From NCBI GenBank assembly GCA_964016885.1, contig OZ024742.1:353958001-354022000 (forward strand): a stretch of 64,000 bases of DNA, read 5' to 3'. A program made the position numbers and the translations under genes. The number at the start of each line of letters is the position of its first letter. Within the stretch, counting starts at the first letter, position 1. This DNA is from Eledone cirrhosa (taxonomy: Eukaryota). This document shows positions 1 to 14,340 of this stretch, piece by piece. The notes beneath the pieces are model-generated. The model had not been told where the DNA came from. It did no database searches and saw nothing but the letters and a program-made list of their open reading frames with translations.

Positions 1-419
1 AAGAGAGAGAGTGAAAGTAGATATCATTAGTTTTTGAGTAAGTGTTATTATTAGGATTCGTTGGTGCTAACATGAGAAACCTGATTTGAGATGTAGATAA
101 ACACGTGTAGAGAGTCCGATAAAAGAAAAGACAATAAATTAGAGATTAATTGATGTATACATGTATTATATTTATGGGCTCGGGATGACGGGACATTTGA
201 TAAATGCTTCTCGTAAATGTTTTGCTGATTGTTCTATCTGGATGGGGTTTATGGAGAAAGGGTGGAAGAAGTGTATAGAGTTTTATCATCAAGTGACCAG
301 TTGGCAGTTTGATAGCTAATAGCGGTGCGATGGTTTGTATTCTATATGTTAAAATATAGGTGGTTCGGTCTAATTTTGGGATTGATGGTTCAAATCATGG
401 TGGTTTGAAGTTCATACAT

Positions 420-1867
420 CTAGTAGCTATTTTATGCCTATAGAAAACAGATCTTTCTATTTTGCTGTTAAGCAGCACCCTATCGTACCTTAAAATATGT
501 AGTAGCTCTAAATTACAAAGCCCGCAGTGCGACATACCGTTGCTGTAGGCTTTTCCTACCGATACTTTCGACCAGCTAATCCTATATCCTTAATCTACAG
601 ATTGTATTGGCGAGCGTTGTATCATTCTCCAATGCACGGTTTTTCATGGAGTGTCAGTGGACGTACCGCCTTTTCATAAACTCCCCAGCTGTGGAACCTA
701 TGTAGTGCCAGGTAGATTTGCCTGAACTCACAGTACACAGGTATATCATACTCGAATCTAGGCATCTATTCCGTAGAGGGCACTTATCTGGTAGGTGGCA
801 ATTACAATTTGAGGTTTTATTTTGTGCAGGTTCGTTGTTGCGGTTTTGTAAGTTGTTGTGGGTTGGTTGTGATTTAGGCCTGTTAACGTTTTGTTGTGAT
901 GCGTTCTGATGCGTTTGTGTTTGTGATGCTGTTATATGTTTGTGTTTTGTATTTGATGCTATGGTGCGCATTGGTAGGTTAATTTATTTAGAGATATTTT
1001 TGTTTTTGATTTTACATATGTGCGATTCTATGTTGGCTGCAGTAAAGTATGAACGTGTTATAGTTTTTCTATTGAAGATTTTATGGTATCTGTGTAGTGT
1101 AGGGAAGTGCTTATATATTAGTTTAAATAATGTAGAAGGTACTTAATTGTTAGGGAGGAGTTGAATATTGGATTGAACCATAGATACCTTCTTTCTCTGG
1201 ATCTTTTATCGTTATTGGGGGTCCTAATATTAGTGTTATGTTGGTTATTTTTAGTGCTCATTGTCTAATTCTATGCTTAGCCCTATGCCTGTTATTTCTG
1301 TATGAGCGGGTAGTGTTGATGGCATTATGATTGTTGTTGTTCTCTCTATCTAGTATGTATTGCAGCTTATATTTATGTCCAGCCTTATATAAAGCTATGT
1401 TATAGTTTGTGTGTTCGTTAAAAATGTCTAGCTTAGAAGATAGGCGGGATATTCTGAGGGACATATTATGTGCTATGGAGTTAATTATGGATCGGAGGTG
1501 GTTTGAGTTGTAACTAATGTAGGCTAGATTTTCGTTATTCTTATGGAAGGGCTCTATTAAGCCTGGGGTTAGGTTGAGAGTTACATATAAGAAATTTTCT
1601 TTTTTAGAGTTGAGTTCGAAAGTCATACCTGGGCAACTTTTTTGAAGAATATTCTAATGTTTTTTACGTAATCTTTCAATGTTCTGATTATTTACGTTTT
1701 TGGGTATAAGGAGTGTATCGTCGCTATAAATACCTCCTTAGAGGTTATTGAAATTCGTTATGTAAGTTGTCCGCTATATATATTCCCACCAAGTCCGTTA
1801 TCCGGGATGAGTTGTTCGATCCCATTGTGATATCGAACCTATTCTGTCTGTTTTCTCGTTCCCAGTA

Positions 1868-1868
<1 letters not shown>
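420..1868 (-). mobile_element. Decayed, 5'-truncated Penelope-like element (Naiad-like): RT C-terminal half plus GIY-YIG endonuclease remnants
   Basis: ORF 654-971 has NCNCHLPDKCPL...MIYLC...HYIGST (CxC-x5-CPL + GIY-YIG). ORF 1258-1626 is RT-thumb-like (FLYVTLNL, YISYNSNH, LRISRLSS). An IYSDD-like motif lies near 1720-1735 and a C-terminal LLNSKIE near 450-480. The 5' end abuts (TA)n. Confidence 0.85.
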
Positions 1869-1907
<39 letters not shown>

Positions 1908-1911
<4 letters not shown>

Positions 1912-2127
1912 GTAAGTTATCGCCGTATTTTGACTAAAGAAATTAAAGATATTATTTAGACTGATAGTGGGGTTAAGAACCCTCGGATAAATTGTAAAAG
2001 TTGAGTATTGACGTACATGTACGTCAATACTCATCTCTTTCCATTTATCCGAGGGTTCTTAACCCCACTATCAGTCTAAATAATTTCTTTAATTTCTTTA
2101 CTCAAAATACGGCGTCAACTTACATTT
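1908..2127. repeat. Near-perfect ~220 bp palindrome (no spacer) between (TA)n tracts
   Basis: Centre is acgtacatgtacgt at 2011-2024. The arms are reverse complements, so ORFs 1798-2034(-) and 2001-2288(+) begin with near-identical peptides. Confidence 0.9.
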
Positions 2128-2242
2128 CGAATAATTTCAAACCCATTCGGTGTTTCGAAAATTTTCTTACAAATATCTATCTATCTATCTATATATCTAT
2201 ATATATATATATATATACATACATATATATATGTATACATAT

Positions 2243-2291
<49 letters not shown>

Positions 2292-2327
2292 TATATTCAT
2301 ATGTGTGTGTGTATATATATAAATATG

Positions 2328-2437
<110 letters not shown>

Positions 2438-2547
2438 GAATTAATACATCTACCAACATATGCGTACAGATGTACATTAATACTAGTAAATATATAAGTT
2501 ATGTCAAAGTACCTAGGTGGTTCAATGCAGGGGGATGCAGATCAATT

Positions 2548-2892
2548 ATATGAAAGACGTAAAATAAGAAAATTTTAAAAATTAAAAATTAACTTACTAA
2601 AATGTTCACTCCAACAAATTAGTTTCTGTAATGGGATAAATATAGTTACACGATGTAACTATCGAGAATTCATTACGTCATCAGGGAGTCTATTCTTTTT
2701 ATATGAGTTCCTAGTGTCCGCGCATTGACTGGGAACTTAGCTGAGAATAGACTCCCTGAAGACGTAATGAATTCTCGATAGTTACATTGTGTAACTATAT
2801 TTATCCCATTACAGAAACTAATTAGTTGGAGTGAAAATTTTAGTAAGTTAATTTTTAATTTTTAAAATTTTCTTATTTTACGCCTTTCATAT
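2548..2892. repeat. Foldback element (~150 bp arms, ~48 bp spacer) with a decayed hammerhead-like motif in each arm
   Basis: Arms 2548-2696 and 2745-2892 are reverse complements. The motif reads CTGAAGA(2756)...GATA gttaca-ttg-tgtaac TA, and the mirrored arm has CTGATGA. GAAA is mutated to GATA and stem I is not evident. Confidence 0.75.
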
Positions 2893-2927
2893 ATATATAC
2901 CTATATATTTATATGTGTGTGCGTGTA

Positions 2928-2960
<33 letters not shown>

Positions 2961-2962
<2 letters not shown>

Positions 2963-3126
2963 CGAAGGAAATGTGGTAAGGGACCAGTTGGACCATAACA
3001 CACCAGAGTACTCGACACTTGGGATAATAGAGTGGGTAATAGGAACAATTATGAACTCGTCGGCAGAAATTACTCCAGAAATAGCCGTCGAGACGGCTTG
3101 AGCTCTGCCGTCGGGGTCATACTTTT

Positions 3127-3130
<4 letters not shown>
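2961..3130. mobile_element. Mini PLE pseudo-LTR fragment with internal inversion, same family as 42432-42617
   Basis: 2961-3047 matches 42432-42518. 3074-3118 is the reverse complement of 42523-42567 (3' half of the HHR, GAAA to GAGA). Both sides are (TA)n. Confidence 0.75.
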
Positions 3131-3212
<82 letters not shown>

Positions 3213-3801
3213 AATATATAGGAAACGAGTCAGGACCCTGTCGGCTGAGCTCCGGCCCTTTCGACAGCTAGAACCGAAATGAGTTCGGATGTGGCTCTGT
3301 ATATGTGTGTGTGTGTCAGTGTGCGTCTGTCTGTCTTTGCGTGTTTGTAAATGTGACCGCTTGTTTATGTGTTTCACATCTATACAGCCCATAATTTCAA
3401 ATGGATGAAATACAATTACCTTCAGGCTCAAGACTAGCTAAGTAAAGGGAAATAACCGCAGATCAAATAGAAACTAATAAATAAACAAGGATAACAATGG
3501 TATATTTATCATTTAGAAATTAACATGGTTTGTATTGCTATGGACATTTGATATATGATATTACCGTAATAATATAGAAATATATAAAAATAAAATTCAA
3601 TATTAAATCAATATTAACACAATTGGCATGGGTTAAATGACATATACATTGATGTAATATATAGAATCGCAATGACACTCGATGGAAGTTTGGATTATTT
3701 CCTTTTTTAACTGAATTTCTAACTTTACAAAATCTACAACACTTAAGAATGTATAGTTATGTACAGACGACATTCATATACTCACACACATTTGCACACA
3801 C

Positions 3802-3835
<34 letters not shown>

Positions 3836-3838
<3 letters not shown>

Positions 3839-5620
3839 GAGGGAATAAAATTCATCCTATATATATATATATATATCACCGATGGATTAAAATTCATCCT
3901 ACAGAACAACTTTTTTGATTTCGATGGCAATACTTACAAGCAAATATCGGGGACTGCGATGGGCACAAAAGCCGCTCCAACTTATGCCAACTTAGTCATG
4001 GCATACTTAGAAGTCCAGATATAAGTCCAAATCAAAATACGGATTGAACTTCCACAAATATTTATCAGAGAATTGGAAACGCTACTTGGATGATTGCCTC
4101 ATACTTTGGTCCCACACACTCGACCAACTGAAGGATTTCAAAAACTTAATAAACGGCATCAATAACCACATCCAATTCACAATGGAATACAGCCAAGATC
4201 AACTCCCATTTCTGGACATCTTAATCACAAAAAAAAACACAAATATCGAAACTGACATACACTACAAACCAACAGATTCCAAACAATATCTGCTATTCAC
4301 CTCCAACCACCCAAAGCACACGAAGACGAACATTCCTTTTAACCTAGCAAGAAGAATTTGCACAATTATCTCCAATTATGAAACGCGAAATAAAAGACTT
4401 CAATAATTAAAGGAAATTCTACATGAGAGAGAGTACCCACTATTACTAATAAATAATGGAATAGAAAGGGCTAAAGCAATAGGCATTGATGAATTACGGA
4501 AACAGAAACACATTCAAGATACGTCCAATATTCTATCATACATCTCAACACACAACCCAAGAAATGCGGAAGCTTACAACATTATTCACAATAACATCCC
4601 ACTACTAAAACAAAACCCAAGAATGAAAAAGCCCTTGAAACACACAAAATAATCAAAAGCAAAAGACAACCAAAATCACTGAAAACATTACTCACCAATG
4701 CCAAATTACCTACCACAAAGCCACAACCAAGTATCAAAAAATGTGGTCGCTCTAATTGTGGAACCTGCACTCACCTCATTGAAGGCAACACGTATACATT
4801 TAAATCAGGACAAAATTTTACTGTAAAAAATCACTTCACTTGCTCATCAAAAAATCTAATTTATGCCATTAAATGTAAAGGATGCAATGAAGATTATATA
4901 GGACAAAGTAAACTCACACTCAGAAACAGAATGACAGTTCATCGCCAACAATTACGAGTTCCAACCACGAGACAGATACCACTAAGTGCACATCTAGACA
5001 TTTACGCAAGTAATAAGACACCCACATTCCAAGTCTTCCCATTTGACCTTTTCGCTAACAATACAACAGAACAAATGCGAATAAATAAGGAAAATATGTT
5101 TATTCAAAAATATAGACCAACATTAAATAAGGTTTAATATACATTATGTCAACGCCACAATATGACATACACACACACACATAACACCTTCTACTTTAGA
5201 AAATAAAAACCCGAACTAAATAAACCTTAACATACGTTTGCACTGGCAATACAACAGCAAACACGAAAAAGTAAGTAAAATATGTTCATTCAAAAATATT
5301 CCTACTAAAGGAATCACTTTCCTACACACACACATACACACACACACAATATATATATATATATGTATTCTCTTCATCTTAACATGCTAACCATACTCCC
5401 ACACACATAACACCCATACACACACATAACAACCCCCACACCTACAACTCCCTCCCCATTTCTACTAATAGAACCACTTTCCTACACACATATATATATA
5501 CACACACATAAAATATATATTCTCTCCATCTTAACATACTCGCACACACACACATAACACCCATATACACACACACACAACTCCCTCCCCCATCTCTACT
5601 AATAGAATCATCTTCCAATA

Positions 5621-5719
<99 letters not shown>

Positions 5720-6345
5720 GCACACAAATATACATACATATCTTCAGTCCCAATAGAAAATCTGAACTCTGACACCCCGGCGAGCTGGCCATATTCACTG
5801 AACCAGAACATTTCTCCCAATCCCTTTTCTCTTGACCACTATCTCTCCATTGTCATAACATTCACTATAAAGACTACAGAATAGTTTTCCAAATAAGGGC
5901 GCAAAAATGAAATAAAAACTTGTTCACGTGACAGCCAAATTTCATTTATAACCAACCAAAAAAAAGCCTTCGTGAGCCTCCTTTTTTCAAGTAAAAAGAA
6001 ATTAAAACACTCATATATGAAAAAAAACAACCTGTGACAACCCCCCCCCCCTCTCTTATTTGAAGAACTATTGTAACGCGAACTGGCGCGAAATTTATTC
6101 TAATTATTGACAAACCAAACAAAATACTTCTCGAAAAACCTGGAATTTCGAGCCACTTTTTCCATATAAAACAAGTAACATTCAGAGACCAACCAGATGT
6201 GAGAAAAACCACAGACCCTCCATCTCAACTCACCTTTTGAAAAGCAGAAGAACTGCGAAACCGGTAAAGGAACCAAATAAATATATATATTTTTTTTAAA
6301 AATAAGACTTCAGTTGCATTTTCGATTTCATCTCTTTTTCTTTAT
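3836..6345 (+). mobile_element. 5'-truncated Neptune-like Penelope element: RT C-terminus, Cys linker, GIY-YIG, 3' UTR/pseudo-LTR
   Basis: QISGTAMGTKAAPTYANL, WKRYLDD and LPFLDIL motifs. KCGRSNCGTC and FTCSSKNLIYAIKCKGCNEDYIGQS at ~4740-4910. Near-identical to 8609-9398. Confidence 0.9.
6233..6270 (+). ncRNA. Minimal type I hammerhead ribozyme (U3-A8 variant) in PLE pseudo-LTR
   Basis: cctt TTGAAAA gcag-aagaa-ctgc GAAA ccgg TA aagg: stem I 4 bp, stem II 4 bp, palindromic mini stem III. Confidence 0.85.
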
Positions 6346-6435
6346 ACTTTCACTCGTGTAGGACACCTCGGTTATTTTTCATTTTGTAAAAAAAACCTCA
6401 CTTTCTAATATATACCCACCACACGAAGACCGAAA

Positions 6436-7296
6436 ATGCCACCAAAGTCTCAACAAAACAACAACTCACTGAACCAGGACATCTTAAATGAACTCAAAGA
6501 GATTTCCTCTAAACTCTCAATTTTGACCAACAAAGTGGACCAAATACACATCTATAAAAAGGGACCCCTGGAAGAAACAGAAAATACCCAAGAGACGAAT
6601 ATTACTCCAGTATTAACTAAGCTAATCGAAACCATTGAAACAGCAATGCTCCAAAAGCTTGAACAACCGTTAGAACCCAATCTACGAGATGTCCACTCAG
6701 TGAAAAACACCCTAATCAACATATGGACTCAAAAGCTCACAGCCCGCAAATTCGCCCTTTGGAATCTCCTAAAAAATAATGGCAAGGCAGACATATATGA
6801 AAAGTGGCTAAACTCTACCCCAATCTACCTCCCCCAAAAACTCCAAATAAAACCCATCCCGAATGAACCAGAAAACCAACAAAGACTTAGGGAAAAGATG
6901 GCATTGGAAAAATTTAAAACAGAAATAGAACTGTTGCGATTAAGAGCCAACTCCAACGAAGAAAAATTCAAGTCACTCGACCAACAGATGGACACAGAAA
7001 TCTCAAAGCACTCTGAAGGCCTACTCTACAAAAAAACCTAAAACTTTGGAAAGAAAACTGTGAGGATGAAGAAATAACATCCCTCCAGCGATGGGAAAAA
7101 AACGCCACCTGGTTCAACAACTACGAAATGGACTTCAAAAATGAACAACGTACAGGTAACCCATTTTTAAAATAAACTAAAACTCTCACACCACATGCAC
7201 AACAAATAACAAAAAAAGTAACAAAACGTCCAAAATACCCCCAACAAAACTATAACGATAATCCCAGAAACCATAGACAAAACTATAACCCTACTA
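6436..7296 (+). pseudogene. N-terminal/ORF1-like coiled-coil region of the Neptune-like PLE, frameshifted near 7030-7040
   Basis: A 201 aa ORF starts ~165 bp downstream of the HHR. An alternative frame continues LKLWKENCEDEEITSLQRWEKN after the A-run at 7030-7037. Confidence 0.6.
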
Positions 7297-7603
7297 ACAA
7301 AAACCAAAGATCCCCGAACACAAGGCAGGACCTGATCTGCAGATCACAACCCTCACAAAACCTATTCCAAAACCGTAGACCCCTGCCCACACAGAGCCTG
7401 TTCCAAAACCGTAGATCCCAACCCACACAAAGGAATCAAATCTACAACCCGGACTATCAGCAAACCGAACCTGAATACGTCCGAAACTTCTATACAAGAC
7501 CACACAGCAACAGGGGAAATACCATTAGATATAATAATACCAATGAAAAAACATTCCAGAAAAATCATTATTTAGACCAAGGCTACAGGACTCACGACAC
7601 CCG

Positions 7604-9398
7604 GTGGCACAAACCGATTTTGAAAAACCGAAAATAATTAACATTTCAAATACAAACCTCTCAGCCCAACAAGTAAAAATTCTCTCCAAAGGTCTGAAAT
7701 TCACACCAACACCACAATACCCTAACCCCAACGAGATAAATGACGATATCTCACACTTCTGTAGAAAATTACGCCTCACAGAGGAATACTTTGACAAGGA
7801 GAATAACGACGAATCAATTGTACGGAATAAAAGCAGCTACAACCCAACAAAAGGTAGAAACAGAGTTCTGGACAAATGTTGTCACCACATAGCTACCTTC
7901 CCATACCATGAACTACCGCAACCTAAATCCAAACCCAACACAAGTCGAAGGGAATGGGAGATTATCCATGAACTAAAAAACAATACGGACATTGTAATTA
8001 AGGAAGCGGACAAGGGAAGTACTGTTGTCATTATGGAGGCGGAAAAATATAAAAATTCTATGTTCTCTCTCTTACAAAATACTAATTACTATGAAAGAGT
8101 AAAAAACTACCAGCAATCAAAAATAATGACCAAATTAAACGCACTGATTTATCGATACCAGGAAGACCTAACTAAAAAGGAACGCGATTATTTAACAAAT
8201 TTTGAATACAAAACCTAGCAACCTTTACGGACTTCCGAAGATCCACAAATATAAAATAATCAACGATGCCTGTAAACAATGCACCTCAGCCTGCGTGAAC
8301 ACACAATACCCCACAGACCATAAATTAAGACCAATTGTAGCGGGCCCACAATGTGAAACACACAGATTGAGCAACTTTATAGACATACTACTGAACCCAA
8401 TACTGAAACACATACCAAGCCTTGTAAGAGACGATCTGGACCTCTTAAACCACCTCCCCAAATATGTCAGCAACGACACTATTATTGTGTCTTTCGACGT
8501 AGTGAATCTCTACACAGCGATCCCACACCAATACGGACTAGAAGCAATAGGATTCTGGCTAGAGAAATATTCCAATGAGATACCTGACAGAATAGAAAAA
8601 AGCTTCATCACCGAGGGATTAAAATTCATCCTACAGAACAACTTTTTTGATTTCGATAGCAATACTTACAAGCAAATATCGGGGACTGCGATTGGCACAA
8701 AAGCCGCTCCAACTTATGCCAACTTAGTCATGGCATACTTAGAAGTCCAGATATATGAACAGTCCAAATCAAAATACGGATTGAACTTCCACAAATATTT
8801 ATCAGAGAATTGGAAACGCTACTTGGATGATTGCCTCATTCTTTGGTCCCACACACTCGACCAACTGAAGGATTTCAAAAACTTAATAAACGGCATCAAT
8901 AACCACATCCAATTCACAATGGAATACAGCCAAGATCAACTCCCATTTCTGGACATCTTAATCACAAAAAAAAACACAAATATCGAAACTGACATACACT
9001 ACAAACCAACAGATTCCAAACAATATCTGCTATTCACCTCCAACCATCCAAAGCACACGAAGACGAACATTCCTTTTAACCTAGCAAGAAGAATTTGCAC
9101 AATTGTCTCCAATTATGAAACGCGAAATAAAAGACTTCAAGAATTAAAGGAAATTCGACATGGGAGAGAGTACCCACTATTACAAATAAATAATTGAATA
9201 GAAAGGGCTAAAGCAATAGGCATTGATGAATTACGGAAACAGAAACAAATTCAAGGTACGTCCAATATTCTATCATACATCTCAACACACAACCCAAGAA
9301 ATGCGGAAGCTTACAACACTATTCACAATAACATCCCACTACTAAAACAAAAGCCAAGAATGAAAAAAGCCCTTGAAACACACAAAATAATCAAAAGC
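7604..9398 (+). pseudogene. Penelope-like reverse transcriptase (Neptune-like), frameshift at ~8210, stop at 9197, 3'-truncated at 9398
   Basis: LSKGLKFTP, IKEADKG, LYGLPKIHK, LRPIV, SFDVVNLYT, GTAIGTKAAP, RYLDD and PFLD motifs. Confidence 0.92.
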
Positions 9399-10680
9399 CG
9401 GACTTCGTAGGGTTAATAAGCCGAATAGAGGGGTTGTTCGGAAAATTGGATTTGTGATCCTTCAGGGTAAAGTGGTGAGAAATAGGGTCCAGAAGTTCGG
9501 TCCGGTCCAGGATGTTGAGATCAGATGTGATTTTAAACCCAGCATCGTTGATTTCATTGATGACGTCCCGATTAGTTTTACGGTAATCCTTAGTTACAGC
9601 ATTATGTAGTAGTTGATGGTAAGTACTGCGCTCCATTTGATATAGGTTGCCAGTTTTGTCGGAATGGACTTGCACGGCATTATAATCCTTAATAGAACGA
9701 ATTATATTCTTCAGGTCTTGCTGGAAGGAATTGCTCCTATTCCGAAATTTGATACTCTGAATGAGTTCCAAGACATCATTTTCGAAGGGTAGCAATGCTG
9801 GGTTACACGGGAGGTTATTATAGGTAATAAATCCAAATTTATCCTGTTTGTTGTCTGCTTTTCGCGGATTATCGAAATAAAAGGAACGCCAACGCAACCT
9901 TTTAATGAACGCGTCTGTTTTCTGTATCAGGAGATTTAGGTATGTTTTCCTGCTTGGTACGGGTATGTTCTTTGTAGAAATATTCAGATGTTGTTTCTGC
10001 ATGATGAATATAAGACAGTAGAGTGCTCAACCGAAGGAGCCAAATAGTAATAATAATAAATTTGAAGACTAAAATCCAAAGAGGGCTCGATAAGGATAAA
10101 TATATATCAAATATATAAGAACCGTAGAGCAAATATTTATTAAAATAACAGATTAAAGTTTAAGCAAAGAATCGCTGCTTTCACCCTTAACGGGATCTTC
10201 TGAAACTAACAAAGTCAATCTGTAAACGCAGAAGTGGATATTTCAAAAAACGTTGCAACCGGAGGAAGACAGGAAGACGATACTTTGGTTCGTGGAAACG
10301 TTCGCTGGCAGAGAACGGGAACAACGAATATAATACATCATTAATAGGAGCGGAGAAAAACAATTACGCGCAAAGACAGAACCACGTTTATGGTATAAAA
10401 GAAGTCGTAGACTAATATTCTCTTAGGTGGTTCATAGAGACGTTCTCTGGCAATGAACGAAAAAAAGGAAGATAATGCGTCATATGTGGAGCATGGAGAA
10501 CAATAACACGCAAAGACAAAACCACGTAAATGGTATAGCAGGAGTAGTAGACTAAAATTCTAACTAGGAGACCGAATGAATCTCCGCTACAAAGTTAAGA
10601 ACCAAGTAAATAAATACAATACAGAAGTAATAGAAATAAATAAATACATACACGCAAACAAATACGTACATACACAAGCA
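9399..10680 (-). mobile_element. 5' part of a Naiad-like PLE (N-terminus, DKT region) with upstream pseudo-LTR containing two ~142 bp internal repeats
   Basis: ORF 9391-10002 has STKNIPVPS, FIKRLRWR, SDKTGNLY, TLKDHKSNF and RLINPTKS. The non-coding 10040-10680 recurs at 17620-18776 and 55630-56010. Confidence 0.85.
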
Positions 10681-11230
10681 TTATGAAGTAATTTTATTTC
10701 GCTTATGTATTATGTGATATGTTGTGAGGATATTTGTGTCAAAATAATTCTAGCCAACTCAGTAATTTATCTAAAGTATTTCTTGTACACTGCTATGATT
10801 GTTCATTTCAGTTACCTAAGCGCCCCACGCTTACAATTTGTTTGCCTGTAATTTGTATTCTCTAATATGTAAGCTGTATAAGATAACAATCTCGTAATAA
10901 TTAGTAGATAAATACAATTACTAATCTCATCGGCAGTATTTTGGCTTCCCAATGCCATTCATAATATATACTGGATATGTTTTACAAATACAGAAATCCG
11001 TTGCAGAGAAATGCTGCTTTCATCGATTCAAGCCACATCTTCAATATATCAGATCTAGATAAGTACATCCCCCTCATTCGTGATATTCTGATAACTTCAC
11101 CTGTAATTTGGTTCACAGCACTATCCCTGATAATCTACATTTATAAAGAACTCTGTCGTATCATTCCATGTAAAGTCGTGCAGCTGTTCCTATGTAAGTA
11201 TTTCATTTTCTTTGAATTTTGAACATTGAA

Positions 11231-11508
<278 letters not shown>

Positions 11509-13404
11509 TTCTTACACGAAAGTAGTTAAAACAAACATTTCATCGTTAATATGTAATTCCCAATTGGTTCCAAGGCAGCTGCTAGTATTGCAAATTATGT
11601 CAATCACTCACTTAGCGTTTGTTATAACAATCTTACCATCTGTTAACCAGTGAAATGATAAACATGAGTAATGAGAATTACAAAAAAAAATAGAATATTT
11701 GCTTTTTATATATCATAGAATCTATAGGAAACCACGTTGCAAAATAAACATATTTTATGTAGCCAGGTGGCGAATATAAAATTAATGTAAAACTTAATTT
11801 CTATTAATGCATATGTGTGCGAAACAGATCTTTCTCTGTCATGGTCATCTGAATCGATAAATATCTAATGCCATACATTACACTCACTATTCTCTGGATT
11901 AACACATACTCTCTTTGTCAACCTAGAAAATGCGGTCGCATGTGCATGGGAATCTGCACGTCTATGACCTTTCTCACACATTGTTCGAGTTTGTCTCCTT
12001 CAGAACGCTGATATCCCCATATTTCACCCCATTTATAATTATATTATAATCATGGGCGGTGGATTGGCATTATCGGTAGAGGGTCGGACACCAGAATAGT
12101 GAATTAGTTACTAAGAGCTATTGTCAACAACATTTGGTAGTGCAACTTGGAATAGATATGAAATGAAGGATCATAGTTTTAATAACGGAGCAGCATTAGA
12201 AATAACAATTAGAATAGAACGTGATGTATGTATAAATTCAAAATAATTATTTAGGAAAATAATCACTAGCAATGAATCTGAATAGATTGTTTCATGGCTA
12301 AATCCTCAACGTTATAAGTGCAAATGTAAAATAGTTATATCGATCAATCTTTCAAACATCACATCCCGCGCTTAATCATACTTCTTTGGTGATAAAATAA
12401 CGCATCCTTGGATAACTACAGACACATATTTAATAGTGAAGTGCAGTTTATTGTAGCGGTATCTCATTATCTCTGGCTAGACGATAGCTGGCCTATCATC
12501 CTACTGTCATAAAATCCAACTAATCTCGAGCATATGAGCTAAATGCTTCTCCTTAATTAAATTGTTCCTAACGAAATATATTTCTCATTTTTCATGTACA
12601 AGGAAGCAGGTAGTTCATGCTAAACAGCTGAAATTATACGGAGTCAATATTACAGAAAAACGTCAGGTACATATTGTAAAGTTATATACCTAATTATATA
12701 CACATAGGTGTATATTCTCTGTTAGAATGTGTCGCATGTAATGTGCTTTAAGCTTATTTAAATGTGATTAAATCTACTTAAACTTATGATAACCTTAAAG
12801 TAAAATGTCAGTTAAACATTGCAAAGAACTGATTTAAATGTATGTTTATGTATCAAATTTATATTTATGATAGGTCACATTACATTCCTTTAGGCTTCAC
12901 GAACATTTAATTTTCGTAGAGTTTTACGTGTATAGACTTAACTAACTAGTCTTAATTAAGAAAATGTTCTATATGCTTGAAGCCTCAATAAATAATATTA
13001 TGTTTGACCTCTTACGTTGTTTAATGGTAATATATTGATCGTTGTTCAGTATAAATGATGTCTAGCTAGATAAATTACAACAAGCATTTTTTTTTTTTTT
13101 TTTGCCAGGATATTGAAATATTTATTGAAATATTTATTGACAATATGTTGTACAATTTCGGTCTCATGCAATTATATTTGAATGGAATTATTACTACAGT
13201 ACATTTTAAACGATTTGATGTAACCTGACAAATAACAATTTGTATTGAAGTATTTTGATCCATCAAACATCTCAATATAAATTTCTACATCGTACAATTT
13301 TGAGAACATTTAAATTGACTATCCGAAATAAACATAGGTGGCCACAAAACTTCTATCTTGCTATCGCTCACTGTCTCTTTATCCATCTCTCTCTCTCTCT
13401 CTTT

Positions 13405-13435
<31 letters not shown>

Positions 13436-13526
13436 CCTCTCCCTCTCCCTCTCCCTCTCTCTATCTCTCTCTCTCTAAACATATATAAATATAGACACAC
13501 ATTTTTCCTTCCTCCTATCAGCATGT

Positions 13527-13563
<37 letters not shown>

Positions 13564-14099
13564 TAAAGCTGAGCGTCGTATGTATGTATTATGTATGTAT
13601 GTATCCTATACACCTCCCTATAGTTTCTTAGCTTTACTCTCTCCGTCACTCCTCCCACTCTCTATATGACAACACTGTTTTAGTTTCTGTATCTCCCTTC
13701 AATATATACACATAGAGAGAAAGAGAGAATGAGTCAGAGAAGAGAGACTTAGAGAAAGATTAGGAAAGCCACACACACACATCTACAGAGAGAGAGAGCC
13801 AGAAACACAGAGGCAGGGGAACAGAGAGAGATAGGCTGTTAGACAGAGAGAGATACAATTAAATTGTTAGTTATTCAGAGAGAGAGAAGGAGATATAGAG
13901 AGAGAGGGAGGGATAGAGAGAGATAGAGATAGAGAGAGAAAGAGGGGGGAACAGCAAGTGATCGTTTTCCAATGACGTCAAATCAAGTATCAGCATTAAA
14001 ATAATTTTGAAATAAACGATGTGTATGATCAAATGTAGCAGTAATTGAAAAATAACGTTCATTTCCGTCGTATATCTTTCATCTGTCGTCGCTCGCATA

Positions 14100-14193
<94 letters not shown>

Positions 14194-14340
14194 ACACACA
14201 CATACACACACACATACACACACACATACTTTCACACCTGATTTTGCCAATTGCCGGATAACATCAGAAGAAAACACTCATACAAAAACATGCACATACA
14301 CACATCCACAAACACACATACACAAACACACACACACACA

